A DNA stretch of 64,000 nucleotides from Octopus bimaculoides. Taxonomy: Eukaryota. Below are positions 1 through 12,295 of the stretch, in pieces; the stretch's first letter is position 1; every line of letters starts with the position of its first letter. Made by a program: the position numbers and the translations under genes. The stretch lies in assembly GCF_001194135.2 (NCBI RefSeq), contig NC_068985.1, forward strand, positions 26,865,076 to 26,929,075. The letters run 5' to 3'. Below the pieces are notes generated by a model. It worked only from the letters and a program-made list of their open reading frames with translations. It did no database searches and had not been told where the DNA came from.

Positions 1-1082
1 CGCTCTCAGGGACTACGAAGCGGTTTCAGGAGCGACGATTAACCAAGAAAAATCAATGGGTTTGCGACACGGCACCTGGAGAAGCAAGTCCATGCCGTCC
101 AACTGTTGGGCGCTGGACGGATGGACCGGTTAAACTGCTCGGGCTCTGGTTCGGTTTGGACCTCCAGATGGACAAAAACTGGGACGAGGTAACAAGTAGG
201 GTGACTAATCTCACCCAGAAATGGGCCGAGAGAAAGCTATCCCTGAAAGGTCGGGCAGATGTGGCTAACGCATATATCGCGTCTGTCATCTACTATCGCT
301 TGACCGTCGTGCCTTGTCCTGGCCACCATCTGATTACGCTGGAGCGTATACTTTTCCGCTTCTTGTGGAAGGGACACATCTCGATAGTCAGGGGGTCTAT
401 CTGCTGTCAACACCCGCTGAGTAGTGGCCTGGACATGCCGTGGCTGGTGATGCGCAGACATGCGCTGATGTTACGATATCTCCAGTGCTTCCTTGACGGT
501 GAACAGGTGTGGTCACCGTTCGCCAGACACATATTTCCGCAGCTAGTTTCTTTAACGGAGCTGCAGTCCTAGATAAAACAAAGACCGAGGGAGAGCATTT
601 GGAAAGTGGAATGTCTACAACTGCTCACAGCCCTCGTCCACTCGAACAGTGCAATAGATGGAACGTCCACTTTAACTTTTTATAGAGGATTAGTGGAGGA
701 AAAGTGCGACGAAGATCTTGGGGAGACCTTGGACGTCGAAGATCAGATAGCCGCTCTTTTCTGGAGAACATTCGGCCCAGGACTGATGGATAATTTCCAA
801 AAATCTCTGGCCTGGCAGTGCTACCGAGAGCTTTGCTTATTCGAGATAAACTTTACAGGCACGGTAGTGCCGTCAGTCGAGCATGTCCGAGATACATGCA
901 AGACAATGAGATGGTCATGTACGCACTCGTCCAAACCAGGATTAATAATCATAAACGAAGATTCTAGTAACACTGATGGAGCGTCTACCTGGTCTCTAGA
1001 CCTGCCAGAAATATCAACTAAAAATCTCTCTCGAATTACACACTATTACCTCAAAGAAAAAGTAGGACGAGCCACTGGATAA
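1..1082 (+). mobile_element. Decayed Tx1/L1-like LINE ORF2 3' part (post-RT region and zf-RVT), frameshifted pseudogene
   Basis: Translations give LRDYEAVSGATINQEKSMG, KLSLKGRADVANAYIASVIYYRL and ILFRFLWKG. After a frameshift near 830 the sequence reads ALLIRDKLYRHGSAVSRACPRY..NEMVMYALV, a zf-RVT-like motif. There is a stop at 570-572. Confidence 0.85.
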
Positions 1083-1179
1083 CGCAGCCCAAGGTGCATT
1101 ATTCGTGAAAACATGACGAGGTAGGGTAATCAGGGGCTGAAATGCCTTCGATCATGGGTCTGCTCAATCAAGGTTAATC

Positions 1180-1187
1180 ACCACCAC

Positions 1188-1242
<55 letters not shown>

Positions 1243-1400
1243 GTCATCATCATCCATCGTTGTCGTAGCGATCAGTGATTGTAAATAGGGCAGCGCTATA
1301 AACGATAGTAAGATTAGCTACGACTTTCAACCCTTGAACTGACAACAGCAGCTGTTGCTGTTGATGACGACGACGACGACGACGATGATGATGATGATAA
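1180..1400. repeat. (CAT)n and (GAC/GAT)n trinucleotide microsatellites
   Basis: Read directly; they explain the poly-His/Arg ORF 1250..1441. Confidence 0.95.
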
Positions 1401-4400
1401 GAAAAAGGAGGAAGAGACGAAGAGGACGAGAATGTTAGCACTGAGCAGACTTATGATCAAAAGCACCCCGTTCATGACCACCTCATGTCATTTCATATTC
1501 TATGTACCCAGGACATTTAACTAGAAAATAAGCAATGATAGAAGGAAAGTTGGTAGCGTTTTTTGACAAAAGATCAAGCAATCGACAAGTGGCTCCCTCA
1601 TTGGTTTGTCATGATACAAATGGGCATATCATTGCCAAAATAGCAGACTTACAATACTAATTAGTTTTAGGATTTTGACATTGAGAAAATGAAAAGAATT
1701 TCCTGAAAGATATATGTTATGAGCTTGAACCCTTATTAGGGGTTGCTTTAGCCTTCGTTAATGAAATAAAATAAATCGCTCTAATACGTTAATGTACAGT
1801 TCTCATCAACAGAAGCAATTTCTCTTCGGGAATTGGTTTTCTATTCGTTTCTTTCAAGTAAGAGCAAAAATCATACTATATTATTTTAGAGAAAGTTATT
1901 ACATACACACACGCAGACACGCACGCACACACACACACATACATACATACTTGCATACATACAACGTACGTACATACATACATACATGCACATTGCTTTC
2001 ACATGAATAGCAACACAAGTCAAAGACGTTTCATCGAGCGAGAATGGATCACTCAGCAAAAGACGTTCGCTACTAGACGTTACTAATCACTAATCTGGCA
2101 TACACTGATTTCTTTTGAGTAAACACAAAGCTCACATTTGTAAGGAAAAGGAACAGTAGATTGTCATTCATTACCTTATATTAAAAGGCAAAAATCAATC
2201 TTGATCAGATTTGAACACAGAAACTAGGAAATTGAAACTAAATATTCAAAGACGTTTATCTTAATCCAGTGCTGTAACATTTCTGACAACTAACTACTGT
2301 CAATATGAATAATTATATAAACCAGAGAACACTACCAGTCATTTAACCCGGCAGTTTAGTGTTTCAATCAATCATCTTTAAACGTACCAGTTAATGACGC
2401 TAAGCCCTTCATCAATAAGATTAGAGACTTGAAACATTTTCAACTTTGGAATGGAAACTGAATCACTGACTCGGCTCGGTGAGACCCTACTTCATATTCT
2501 GTTTTTGCTGACCATTACACTATTCTAGGTTGAGGAAAAGAAAAAAGAAAAAAAAAACGTCTCTCAAAATCATTTCTGAGAAAAGAATAAAACAATGCAT
2601 AATTTGCAGAGAATCAAATTGTCTTCTTTTATAACGAAAGCGATTTGATTGAAGTAGTCTCTTTTGTTTTTATTTAACATGATTTTCAGTTAGTTGGTGC
2701 AGATTGTAATTATAGAAAAATCCTTGATGTTAGTATCACAATATATGCGGTTCCATAAAAATGTACAATTACAGTACAATCAAATTTTGCCATCCGTATA
2801 ATAAACATGACTGCTAAATACGTCCATTAGCAGATAATTGCTTTCAATTAAATATAACTAGCACAAATAGAAGTTTCATGGTAAAATGAAACAATATTCC
2901 CGTTTGCTAACAACCAATAAAAGATTCCATCACAAATTTGTGGTATTCCTATTATTTTTCGATTCAATATTCGTTTAGCCAAGAATCCTTGAAATAAATT
3001 TTCATTTTATTCCTGTATTCATATCGAATTTACTGACACTTATGAAACTGATTGGCAGAGAGTGCAATACGAGTGCTTTTGTCATGGCCTAAGTTCATAT
3101 CGAGTGCAGGGATGGCCAAGCAGTTAGGAAGCTTGATTCATAACTACGTGGATTCGGGCGCGATCCCGTTGCGCGGCATCTTAGACAAGAGTCTTTTATC
3201 ATAGCCTCGATGGGATGAAAACTGCTTGTAAACACACCAAAGGAATCGTTCCTGTTCTTGGATGGTAAGCTTAATCTATCACTTGGCCTTTGGATGTCCT
3301 TAGCGTTCGAACAGATTTCCAGTCTGAGGATATCTTCTTCCTACCAGATTCCAGAGGCTCTGCAAATTCATAAGGTGCTCACCTTCTATTCTGATTAAAT
3401 CTGTTTTGATTTTTTTTCAAGATATGACATAAGTACTTAAAGAAAGCATGTGACTTTGTAAGTACTTAGTTAACTTACGCCAAACGTGCTAAACAAGTCA
3501 GAACAGAGATGTAAGCTATGAACAGAAAGCAGTGCTGGTGAAGGAATACGAATACGAATCATTGATGACCACATGGAATGATTTAACGGGAGTGCTCTGA
3601 TCAAAAGAAATATATTAACACGTAAATTTGTGTCACAAATGTTTGGTTTGGTACAATGGGCCTTGAGATAGCCTCTTGCATTGGTGTGTTGCATATACGT
3701 TTGCTGTCATGATCACACAGGTCATATTGAAGTGTTTTAACCAAGTAATTAGGTCATGAAACATGTGTTATCATCTGATACTACTTGGGTAGTAGAAAAC
3801 TGCTGATTTGGATTAGTTTTCGATGAATTTATGTATAAGACCCAGTGTGATCTAGCACTTGAGTGATCCATCAACATCCAACAATTTCTATTATTTGTTT
3901 CTTACAATTGTTTTTTTATCTAAATCCAACGATTGTGAACCATCAATATGTAATCGATATGAATGTACTTGCTGAACCGATGAAAGAAAGTAGCACAATT
4001 CATGAGTAAAGATAACCAAATGGGTGCAGGCATGGCTGTGTGGTTAAGAAGCTCGCTTCGTTATTGCACGGCTCGGGTTCAATTTCACTACTAGGCAATT
4101 TGGGCAAATCGTACAATACTCATGGGGTGATCAAAGTCTTGTGAGCAAAGATTTCGTAAGCGGGAACTGTGGAAACTCGCCAGAGGATCTGTCTCCACTC
4201 ATGGGTCTTAGGATTAACCCATAACCTAGTTTAAAATCTCTACTGGGTCCTTGTGTACACTTAATAGAGCCCACTCTGTGTTAAACTTTCAGTCTAAATC
4301 CCTGATCTAAAAGTAACTTCTTCCTTTCATTTCACCTCTAAGTCAAAGGCCCTTAGAGCTGACTTCGGCGCTTACTCCTCTGAATAAGTCATAAAAATGT

Positions 4401-5038
4401 GTGCGCGCAAGTATGTCTGTGTATGTATGAGTATATGTGTGTGTGTGAGAGCTTGGTGGTCCTTATCAACTGGTTGTATTGCTTAAGTTTCCTTCTTAAC
4501 ACCTCAGTTTACATAAACATGTTCAAGCTTGTTTCATGAAGTCAATTTATTGCGAGCATGCACCATTTGACATCATTGTTTCCTCACCTCATTTCCACCT
4601 GTGCTTGATGTTCACGTTTTATTCATGAATACAGAATTACACTCGTACTTCGTTAGACAGGCTGTCTCACACAGAGACACAGATACATACGTATTTCCCA
4701 AATTCATATAAACGCATCAAATCTAGCAATTTATTTATTTATTTATATAGTTATTTATTTATTTGTTTATCTTCACTTCAAACTTTTATCTGTATGTATC
4801 TTCCATATGTATTTCTTTAGCTTGACCTTGTAGACTAACAATATCTGCATCGATATTATTTATCGACATCTAAACAAACATACAGACACACGCACACATG
4901 CATGCATACAAATACGGATAGACTTATGTGTGTGTGTTTGTAAATACATACACACACATACATACATATACAAACGTACATACATATAAATACGCGCACA
5001 CATTAAGACGAAGACATAAACCTATATTATGTAGCTAT

Positions 5039-5040
<2 letters not shown>

Positions 5041-5121
<81 letters not shown>
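5041..5121. repeat. (TA)n microsatellite
   Basis: Perfect TA run. Confidence 0.98.
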
Positions 5122-5124
<3 letters not shown>

Positions 5125-5525
5125 TACAGACACACACATGTGTGTGTGAGAATAAGTTACAAATAATGGTCATTTCATATAATTCCCTTATTAGAGCAAA
5201 TTTGGCTTACAGCTGATTCCGGTAGTCATTATAGGTACATTACTGATAGGTTTATTGACAGTTTATCTGTTGGTAAACCATAAAAATGGCGAAATATCAG
5301 TATGTATCCCTCTTGAATTCGATTCGATTCGTAATGAGGCGAATTGTCATGTCTGTCTATGATTTTGAGTTGTTTCAACATCCGGCGTTAACAGGAGTTG
5401 TTCCCAAGCGCCATATCGCAGCGAATCCGGCGAACAAACAAAACACATACATCGGGTATGTGCGATCGATAAGGTTTACACCACTAGTGCTGCTTTTACT
5501 TTGTTATTGACTATATATATATATA

Positions 5526-5743
5526 GGCGCAGGAGTGGCTGTGTGGTAAGTAGCTGAGTGGTAAGTAGCTTGCTTACCAACCACATGGTTCCGGGTTCAG
5601 TCTCACTGCGTGGCACCTTGGGCAAGTGTCATCTACTATAGTCTGGGGCCAACCAAAGCCATGTGAGTGGATTTGGTAGACGGAAACTGAAAGAAGCCCG
5701 TCGTATATATGTATATGTATATATAAATGTATGTGTGTGTTTG
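5526..5743 (+). mobile_element. tRNA-derived SINE family 1, 5' part (runs into gap)
   Basis: ggcgcaggagtggctgtgtggtaagtagcttgcttaccaaccacatggttccgggttcagtc..ccttgggcaagtgtc..ggtagacggaaactgaaagaagcccgtcg, with Pol III A/B-box-like head. Near-identical copies are at 51406 and 52228. Older copies are at about 3105, 4025, 8025, 8694, 9107, 19480, 41165, 59070 and 59190. Confidence 0.85.
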
Positions 5744-6548
5744 NNNNNNNNNNNNNNNNNNNNNNNNNNNNNNNNNNNNNNNNNNNNNNNNNNNNNNNNN
5801 NNNNNNNNNNNNNNNNNNNNNNNNNNNNNNNNNNNNNNNNNNNNNNNNNNNNNNNNNNNNNNNNNNNNNNNNNNNNNNNNNNNNNNNNNNNNNNNNNNNN
5901 NNNNNNNNNNNNNNNNNNNNNNNNNNNNNNNNNNNNNNNNNNNNNNNNNNNNNNNNNNNNNNNNNNNNNNNNNNNNNNNNNNNNNNNNNNNNNNNNNNNN
6001 NNNNNNNNNNNNNNNNNNNNNNNNNNNNNNNNNNNNNNNNNNNNNNNNNNNNNNNNNNNNNNNNNNNNNNNNNNNNNNNNNNNNNNNNNNNNNNNNNNNN
6101 NNNNNNNNNNNNNNNNNNNNNNNNNNNNNNNNNNNNNNNNNNNNNNNNNNNNNNNNNNNNNNNNNNNNNNNNNNNNNNNNNNNNNNNNNNNNNNNNNNNN
6201 NNNNNNNNNNNNNNNNNNNNNNNNNNNNNNNNNNNNNNNNNNNNNNNNNNNNNNNNNNNNNNNNNNNNNNNNNNNNNNNNNNNNNNNNNNNNNNNNNNGA
6301 AAAGACAGATAGAAATATAGATGTGAAAATTTGTGTGTATTCTGAAGTGAAGCCATTTCTTTAAGCAACTTTGGAGAAGAATAACAGAAGAAACTTTTCC
6401 TTTTTCGTTTGTTTCTTTCGTTTTTTTTCTCCCTTCATACTCCATCCAGTAATCCATCCGACCAGGTGACAAGTATAAACAAACAATATAGATCCTATGT
6501 AAATCCAGTTACAACGCTTACGTCATCACTCGGGTTGTTTACGTACAA

Positions 6549-6765
6549 TATCTACTCATCATCATCATCATCATCATCATCAATCATCATTTAACGTCTG
6601 TTTTCCATGCTGGCATGCGTTGAACAGTTTGATAGTAGCTGACAAGCCGGAGGGCTGCGTCATGTTCCAGCCGTCAATTTTGGAAGGATTTCTACAGTTG
6701 GATAACCCTTCTTCATACCGTCAATCAGTTTGCAGATTGCACTGGGTGACTTTTATATGGAACCG
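6549..6765 (-). mobile_element. Retroelement 3' tail ending in (GAT)n (RTE-type tail, inferred)
   Basis: tcatcatca..tttaacgtctgttttccatgctggcatgcgttgaacagtttga, repeated at 8941-9003. Family assignment is from memory of similar tails. Confidence 0.5.
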
Positions 6766-7345
6766 ACATGGGTGCTCTTTTTATGCTAGGACCTGCACGG
6801 GTGCTTTTGAACGTGACGCCAACACGTGTGCTTTATATCGGGCGTCGGCACGGATGCATCTTTTTCGTGACGCCGGCACGGGTGCTTTCTTACCTGGCTC
6901 CGGCACGGGTGCCTTTTAACGTGGTGCCGACACAGGTGTTTTCTTACGTGGCACCGGCACGGGTGCTCTTTGACGTAGAGCAGGCACATGTGCTTTGTTA
7001 CGTTTGGCCGGCACAAATGGTTTCTTACGAGGCGTCGGCATGGGTGCTCTTTAAAGTGGAGCAAGCACGGGTGCTCTGTTACGTTTGGCCGGCACAAGTG
7101 CTTTCTTACGTGGAGCCAGCACGGGTGCTCACTTACGTGACACCTGCACGTGGGCTTTCATAGGTGACGCCGGCACGGATGCATCTTTTACGTGGTGCCG
7201 GCATGAGTGCTTTTTAACGTGACGCCGGCGCGGGCGCTTTTTTATGTGACGATGGCACGGGTTATTATTGTACGTGACGCCGGCACAAGTACTCTTTTAC
7301 GTGACGCCGACACAGGCGCTTTTTCTACGCGGCACCGGCACGGGT
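6765..7345. repeat. Degenerate GC-rich 27-bp minisatellite, about 20 units (consensus approx. ggcacgggtgctcttttacgtgacgcc)
   Basis: ggcacgggtgc recurs every 27 nt. Overlapping ORFs show 9-aa periodicity (PARVLxYVx on +, HPCRRHVKK-like on -). Confidence 0.9.
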
Positions 7346-8180
7346 TAATAATAACATACCTTGTAGTAATATACTTACGTTATGAGAAAGAAGACGGGTG
7401 CCGCAATGAAGACAATAATGNNNNNNNNNNNNNNNNNNNNNNNNNNNNNNNNNNNNNNNNNNNNNNNNNNNNNNNNNNNNNNNNNNNNNNNNNNNNNNNN
7501 NNNNNNNNNNNNNNNNNNNNNNNNNNNNNNNNNNNNNNNNNNNNNNNNNNNNNNNNNNNNNNNNNNNNNNNNNNNNNNNNNNNNNNNNNNNNNNNNNNNN
7601 NNNNNNNNNNNNNNNNNNNNNNNNNNNNNNNNNNNNNNNNNNNNNNNNNNNNNNNNNNNNNNNNNNNNNNNNNNNNNNNNNNNNNNNNNNNNNNNNNNNN
7701 NNNNNNNNNNNNNNNNNNNNNNNNNNNNNNNNNNNNNNNNNNNNNNNNNNNNNNNNNNNNNNNNNNNNNNNNNNNNNNNNNNNNNNNNNNNNNNNNNNNN
7801 NNNNNNNNNNNNNNNNNNNNNNNNNNNNNNNNNNNNNNNNNNNNNNNNNNNNNNNNNNNNNNNNNNNNNNNNNNNNNNNNNNNNNNNNNNNNNNNNNNNC
7901 ACCACCACCACCACCACCACCTCCTCCTCGTCGTCGTCGTTCTAACGATGCTTGCATGAGTCGGACGGAGTTTATTGATGAAGATTTTCTAACGTCGGAT
8001 TTTTTTTTATATATATATATAAGCACAAGCATGGCTGTGTAACAAGAAGCTTGCTTTCCAGCCACATGATTCCAGGATCAGATTTCTACTATAGCCTCAG
8101 ACCGACCAAAGCCTTATGAGTGAATTTAGTAGACGGAAACGGAAAGAAGCCGGTTGTGTGCGTGTGTATATATATATATA

Positions 8181-8468
8181 GTAAAGTTTATTTGCCAACA
8201 GAATGTGGCAGTCCTATACAAGGACTATGTTACTGTTGTTTAGCCCCAGGAAAACATCTTTTCCTGCTGGCATTCGACACAGTTTGTGTCCGTATAGTTT
8301 GAGCAAGGGAGGTCATCGCTCCCATTTCTAGCCTTCAAGACAGAGGCTAGAAATGGGAGAGATGGGAGAAATGGGAGCCAGCTGGAAAGGATATTTTCCT
8401 GTGGCTAAACAACAGTAACATAGTCCTTGTAATAGGACTGCCACATTCTGTTGGCAAATAAACTTTAC
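8181..8468. mobile_element. TA-flanked MITE with about 90-bp terminal inverted repeats
   Basis: gtaaagtttatttgccaacagaatgtggcagtcctat...aggactgccacattctgttggcaaataaactttac, with TA on both sides. Related copies are at 55085-55327 and about 55775-55875. Confidence 0.85.
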
Positions 8469-9264
8469 TATTCGGTACTGCATATCTCTCACTCGGAGAT
8501 TTAAAACTATATATATGAGTGTGTGCGTGTGTGTGTGTGCGCGCGTGTGTGTGTGTGTGTGTGTGTGCGTGCGTGTGTGTGTGTGTATACATGTGTGTAT
8601 ATATAATATGCCTGCAATATGAATGACATAATGATAGAATATGTGGAAATATAAAGCAAATTTATGGACACTAACTTTTCACAGTTACGCTATGTGTGTG
8701 TTTGGCTGTGTGGCAGGAAGTTTGCCTCACAATCATATGGTTCCGTATTCAATCCCACTATGAGGCGCCTCTGGGCAAGTGTCTTTTCGCTTGTTTCTTT
8801 CATTTTTTTTTCTCTCTTCATACTCCATCCAGTCGTCCACCCGACCAGTTGATAAGTATAAACAAACAATATAGATCCTATGTAAATCCAATTACAACCT
8901 TTACGTCGTCACCCAGGTTGTTTACATACAATATCTACCCATCATCATCATAATTTAACGTCCGTTTTCCATGCTGCCATGCGTTGGACAGTTTGATAGT
9001 AGCAATCAATAATTAAATAAATTTGTCGGACAATTTGAAATTCGGTTGAACTATACAATCAATCAAATCAGCCGGTCAATCAATCGATTCAAAACAACAA
9101 GCAAGTGTGCTTGGGTAAGTGTACTATTGCCACTGTTCGACTAAAGCCTTGTGAGTGAATTTGGTAGACGGAAACTGGAAAGAAGCCCGTCGTGTAGTCT
9201 GTATATATATATACAGCGTAGTCTGTATACATATATATACAGCTTACGATAATATATATATATA

Positions 9265-10473
9265 CTGGTTCATCCCATAAATAATGTAACTTTTTTTCAA
9301 TTGCATGAATTAAAAGTTAGAAGAGGACGGGATGAACTACCTGCATCAACTTGCTGTAAGAGCAGGTAGTAATTTTACCTTGTACTTATTCTTAGTGCAA
9401 GTTTTGAAGAGTGCAGTTCGATCTTAACAGTCATTTTTTCAAAGCTATGATGGAAGTGACAAAGGAGCAAATTCAGCATATTTTGCTTTATGAGTCCAAT
9501 AAAGGCAACAACACAATGTAAAGTGCAAGTAATGCAGTATACGGGGATCGTACAATAAGCGTAAGCCAGTGTCAATGGTGGTTCCAGAAATTTCGAGTCG
9601 GGCACTACAGCTCAGAAAACGAGCCTCGTCCTGGAAGATCTGTAGAACTCGATGAGGACGTCCTGCAAACCCCGATGGAACAAAATCCTATCGTAACTGT
9701 TGAGGAACTAGCAGAGAAGCTTGGATTTGGTCATTCAACCATTCATCGACACCTGCGCGCCATCGGAAAAGTGAGCAAATTGGGTTAATGGGTTCCTGAT
9801 AAACTTACCGAGTCTAACGCGTGCAGAGAATGAATGTGTGCTCTTCTTTGTCCCGTCTCACGAATGAACCTTTTTTGGACTGAATAGTAACGAGAAATGG
9901 GTTCACTATAAAAATGTCAAGCACCGAAGTCAGTGTGTAGGAAAAGGAGAAACACCGGCACACCAGGCTAAGGAAGGTGTTCACCCATGTAAGGTATCGT
10001 TAACTGTTTGGTGGGACATGAAAGGTACAGTCCACTTTGAACTTTTAAACCCAAATCAAACGATAACAAAGAAGATCTACTGTGAGCTGCTTCAGCGGCT
10101 TACGTCAGCGCTAGAAGAGAAATGACCACCTTTGGTTTCAAGACAAAAGGTGCTCTTCCATCAGGATAATGCTCGACGACATACAGCGAGGATGATATTC
10201 CAAAGGCTGGAGCAGTTTGAATGGGAAACGATGCCCCGCCCACCGTATTTGCCGGACAGTGCCCCATACGATTATTATTTATCCTGAAGTCTTCAAAATC
10301 ATCTGGACGGAAAAAATATTAATTCTGTAGATGAGATCAGAACAGTACTGGAGGAGTACTTTTCGTCACGGACAAGTGAATTTTGGAAGAGGGGCCTTGC
10401 AAATCTACCAGATAGATGGAAGAGCATTGTGAAAAATGAAGGGAGAGTGTACATTATTTATGTGATGACCCAG
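9265..10473 (+). mobile_element. Full-length mariner (DD34D) transposon with inactivated transposase (about 9447-10460)
   Basis: About 24-bp TIRs ctggttcatcccataaataatgta / tacattatttatgtgatgacccag with TA on both sides. Translation gives MEVTKEQIQHILLYE, QWWFQKFR, WVPDKL, NEKWVHY, FHQDNARRH and PPYLPDSAPYDY (YSPDLAP-D motif). In-frame stops and frameshifts are present. Confidence 0.93.
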
Positions 10474-10859
10474 TATATATATAGATAGATATAGATATAT
10501 ATACATATATATATATATGTGTGTGTGTACATATATATATATATGCGTATATATATATGTGTGTGTGTGTGTACACCCACCTACACGCACATCTCAAAAG
10601 TAAATAGACACCATCATTTTTTAAAGATTCATTTCTTGAAACAAAATAATGACATTTGATGTATCATTTAAGCAAATCTATTATTTAGTAGATATGCCTT
10701 GTGCAGTTTTTAGTGGATTAGCCTGTTTAGACATCGTACTAATGAGTAATGTCCACACAGAGAAAACGGTCTTAAGGGAAGTGTCTGTCTCCTTACTTTT
10801 AAGATGCCTGTGTGTGTGTATATGAATGTGTATAAGTATGTATGTATGTATGTATATTT

Positions 10860-11350
10860 TTTCATTGAAAATTGTCTTTATGGTTTAAAACTTGAAATAT
10901 GATGTCTGTGGCAATAGGAGGTCTGTTCTCTCATCAACATTTAATTGTTATTTCTTTCCTTGATTATCAATTTGATTTACAATATTCTCGTCTGTTCCTG
11001 TATCGGTAATTGAATTTTTGAGATTTGTCGTTGATGGCCGTTATGATCAATTTTTTTTTTTTTGTCTAATTAGATGAAAATATTGTTTAATTTTTCTGTT
11101 CCTCGTAGCTTGCTATTCAGTTTCTTTTCAAAGTAGCCACTAATTTTTTGGTATTTTATATTTTTAATCAATAGACATAAATCTTTCTCAATGGTTGTAA
11201 TAATATGTTGGTAGGCGAACATTTATAAGATTTAAATTCGAAGTTAATGTCATTCGTTTTGTTATCCTGTTTATCAACAAGTTGCAGTAGTTCGGTGTCG
11301 GTATTTTTGAGGGTGTTGTCACTGAGTCATTCGGTTGCTTTAATAATTTT
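10860..11350 (-). mobile_element. Highly decayed Penelope-like element fragment (pre-RT region)
   Basis: The minus strand translates IEKDLCLLIKNIKYQKISGYFEKKL..IFI*LDK and later FQVLNHKDNF. These resemble the PLE motifs LIxNIxF..FQxxL..ADK and LKDHKxNF. Confidence 0.5.
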
Positions 11351-12295
11351 TGTTGCAATGGTTTAAGGCATTCAACAAGAGGAGCGTAATGCGGTTTTAT
11401 GTTAATATATATTCAAAGATCAAAGCGGACAACAAACCATGAAAATGAGTCAATGCAGGGTGCGGAATGAATTAAATGTTATAGTTAAAAGATTAGATGC
11501 GATATATTGTACTTGACATGCGCGTAAGAAAAGAGAGCCTCCTTGAATGTATCTGAATGTGTGAGATATTAGCAGAAGGTTGTGGAAAAATAAGTCACTG
11601 TATGAATGTGATCAGAGGAAAGTGTTGGGGAAAGATAACATGTACTAACTTTCATAGTATTCCGTTATATTTTTATATTTTATATAGTTCTAAATCTATT
11701 TTCATATTGGCTTTAGTTATATTTGTTTGTTCCTTCATAAATATTCTTTATTTCATTTAAGTTACTTTTATATCATTTTTAATATAATTTTTAATCTTTT
11801 AAAGTCATATAATGTAATTCATCATATTGGTAGAAATTTTGATGTTTAATCAATAGGAATAAAGGCAAAAGTTTATGAGTGATGCAACTACAGGATATCC
11901 AACACACTAATTGCTAAGATTTAATGTATCAAACTTTTCTGTCCTGTGTTTTCTGTTTTCTTTCCTGCTCTTATTATTTTTTTCTGTTTTCTTTCCTGCT
12001 CTTATTATTTTTTTAAATACATATATAATACCTTGCAACTTTTTTCTTGACAAGTATTTCTCTCACTTTTATAAACTCTCAACTTCCACAATCTGAACTG
12101 CTGTTTCTTTGTTAAAATCAACGAACGCGCGCGTGCAATTGCGATGCTACGTAATACGCATGTGATATGATATATAATATATGATATAATGTGATATGAT
12201 ATATGCGCACGCAAAAATACACCTACACACACGATATGCGGGGTATATTAATTTCATTAGAATAATTACAAGTTTTTGTGGGGTTTATTATTATC

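Noticed and set aside
5574-6472. Long ORFs spanning N-runs (also near 7.4, 15.8, 19.1, 21.2, 22.4, 33.7, 36.6, 52.4 and 56.3 kb)
   Set aside because: They are open only because N codons are not stops; they are assembly gaps.
6765-7345. CRISPR-like array
   Set aside because: The units are contiguous and degenerate with no unique spacers, there are no cas genes, and the context is eukaryotic.
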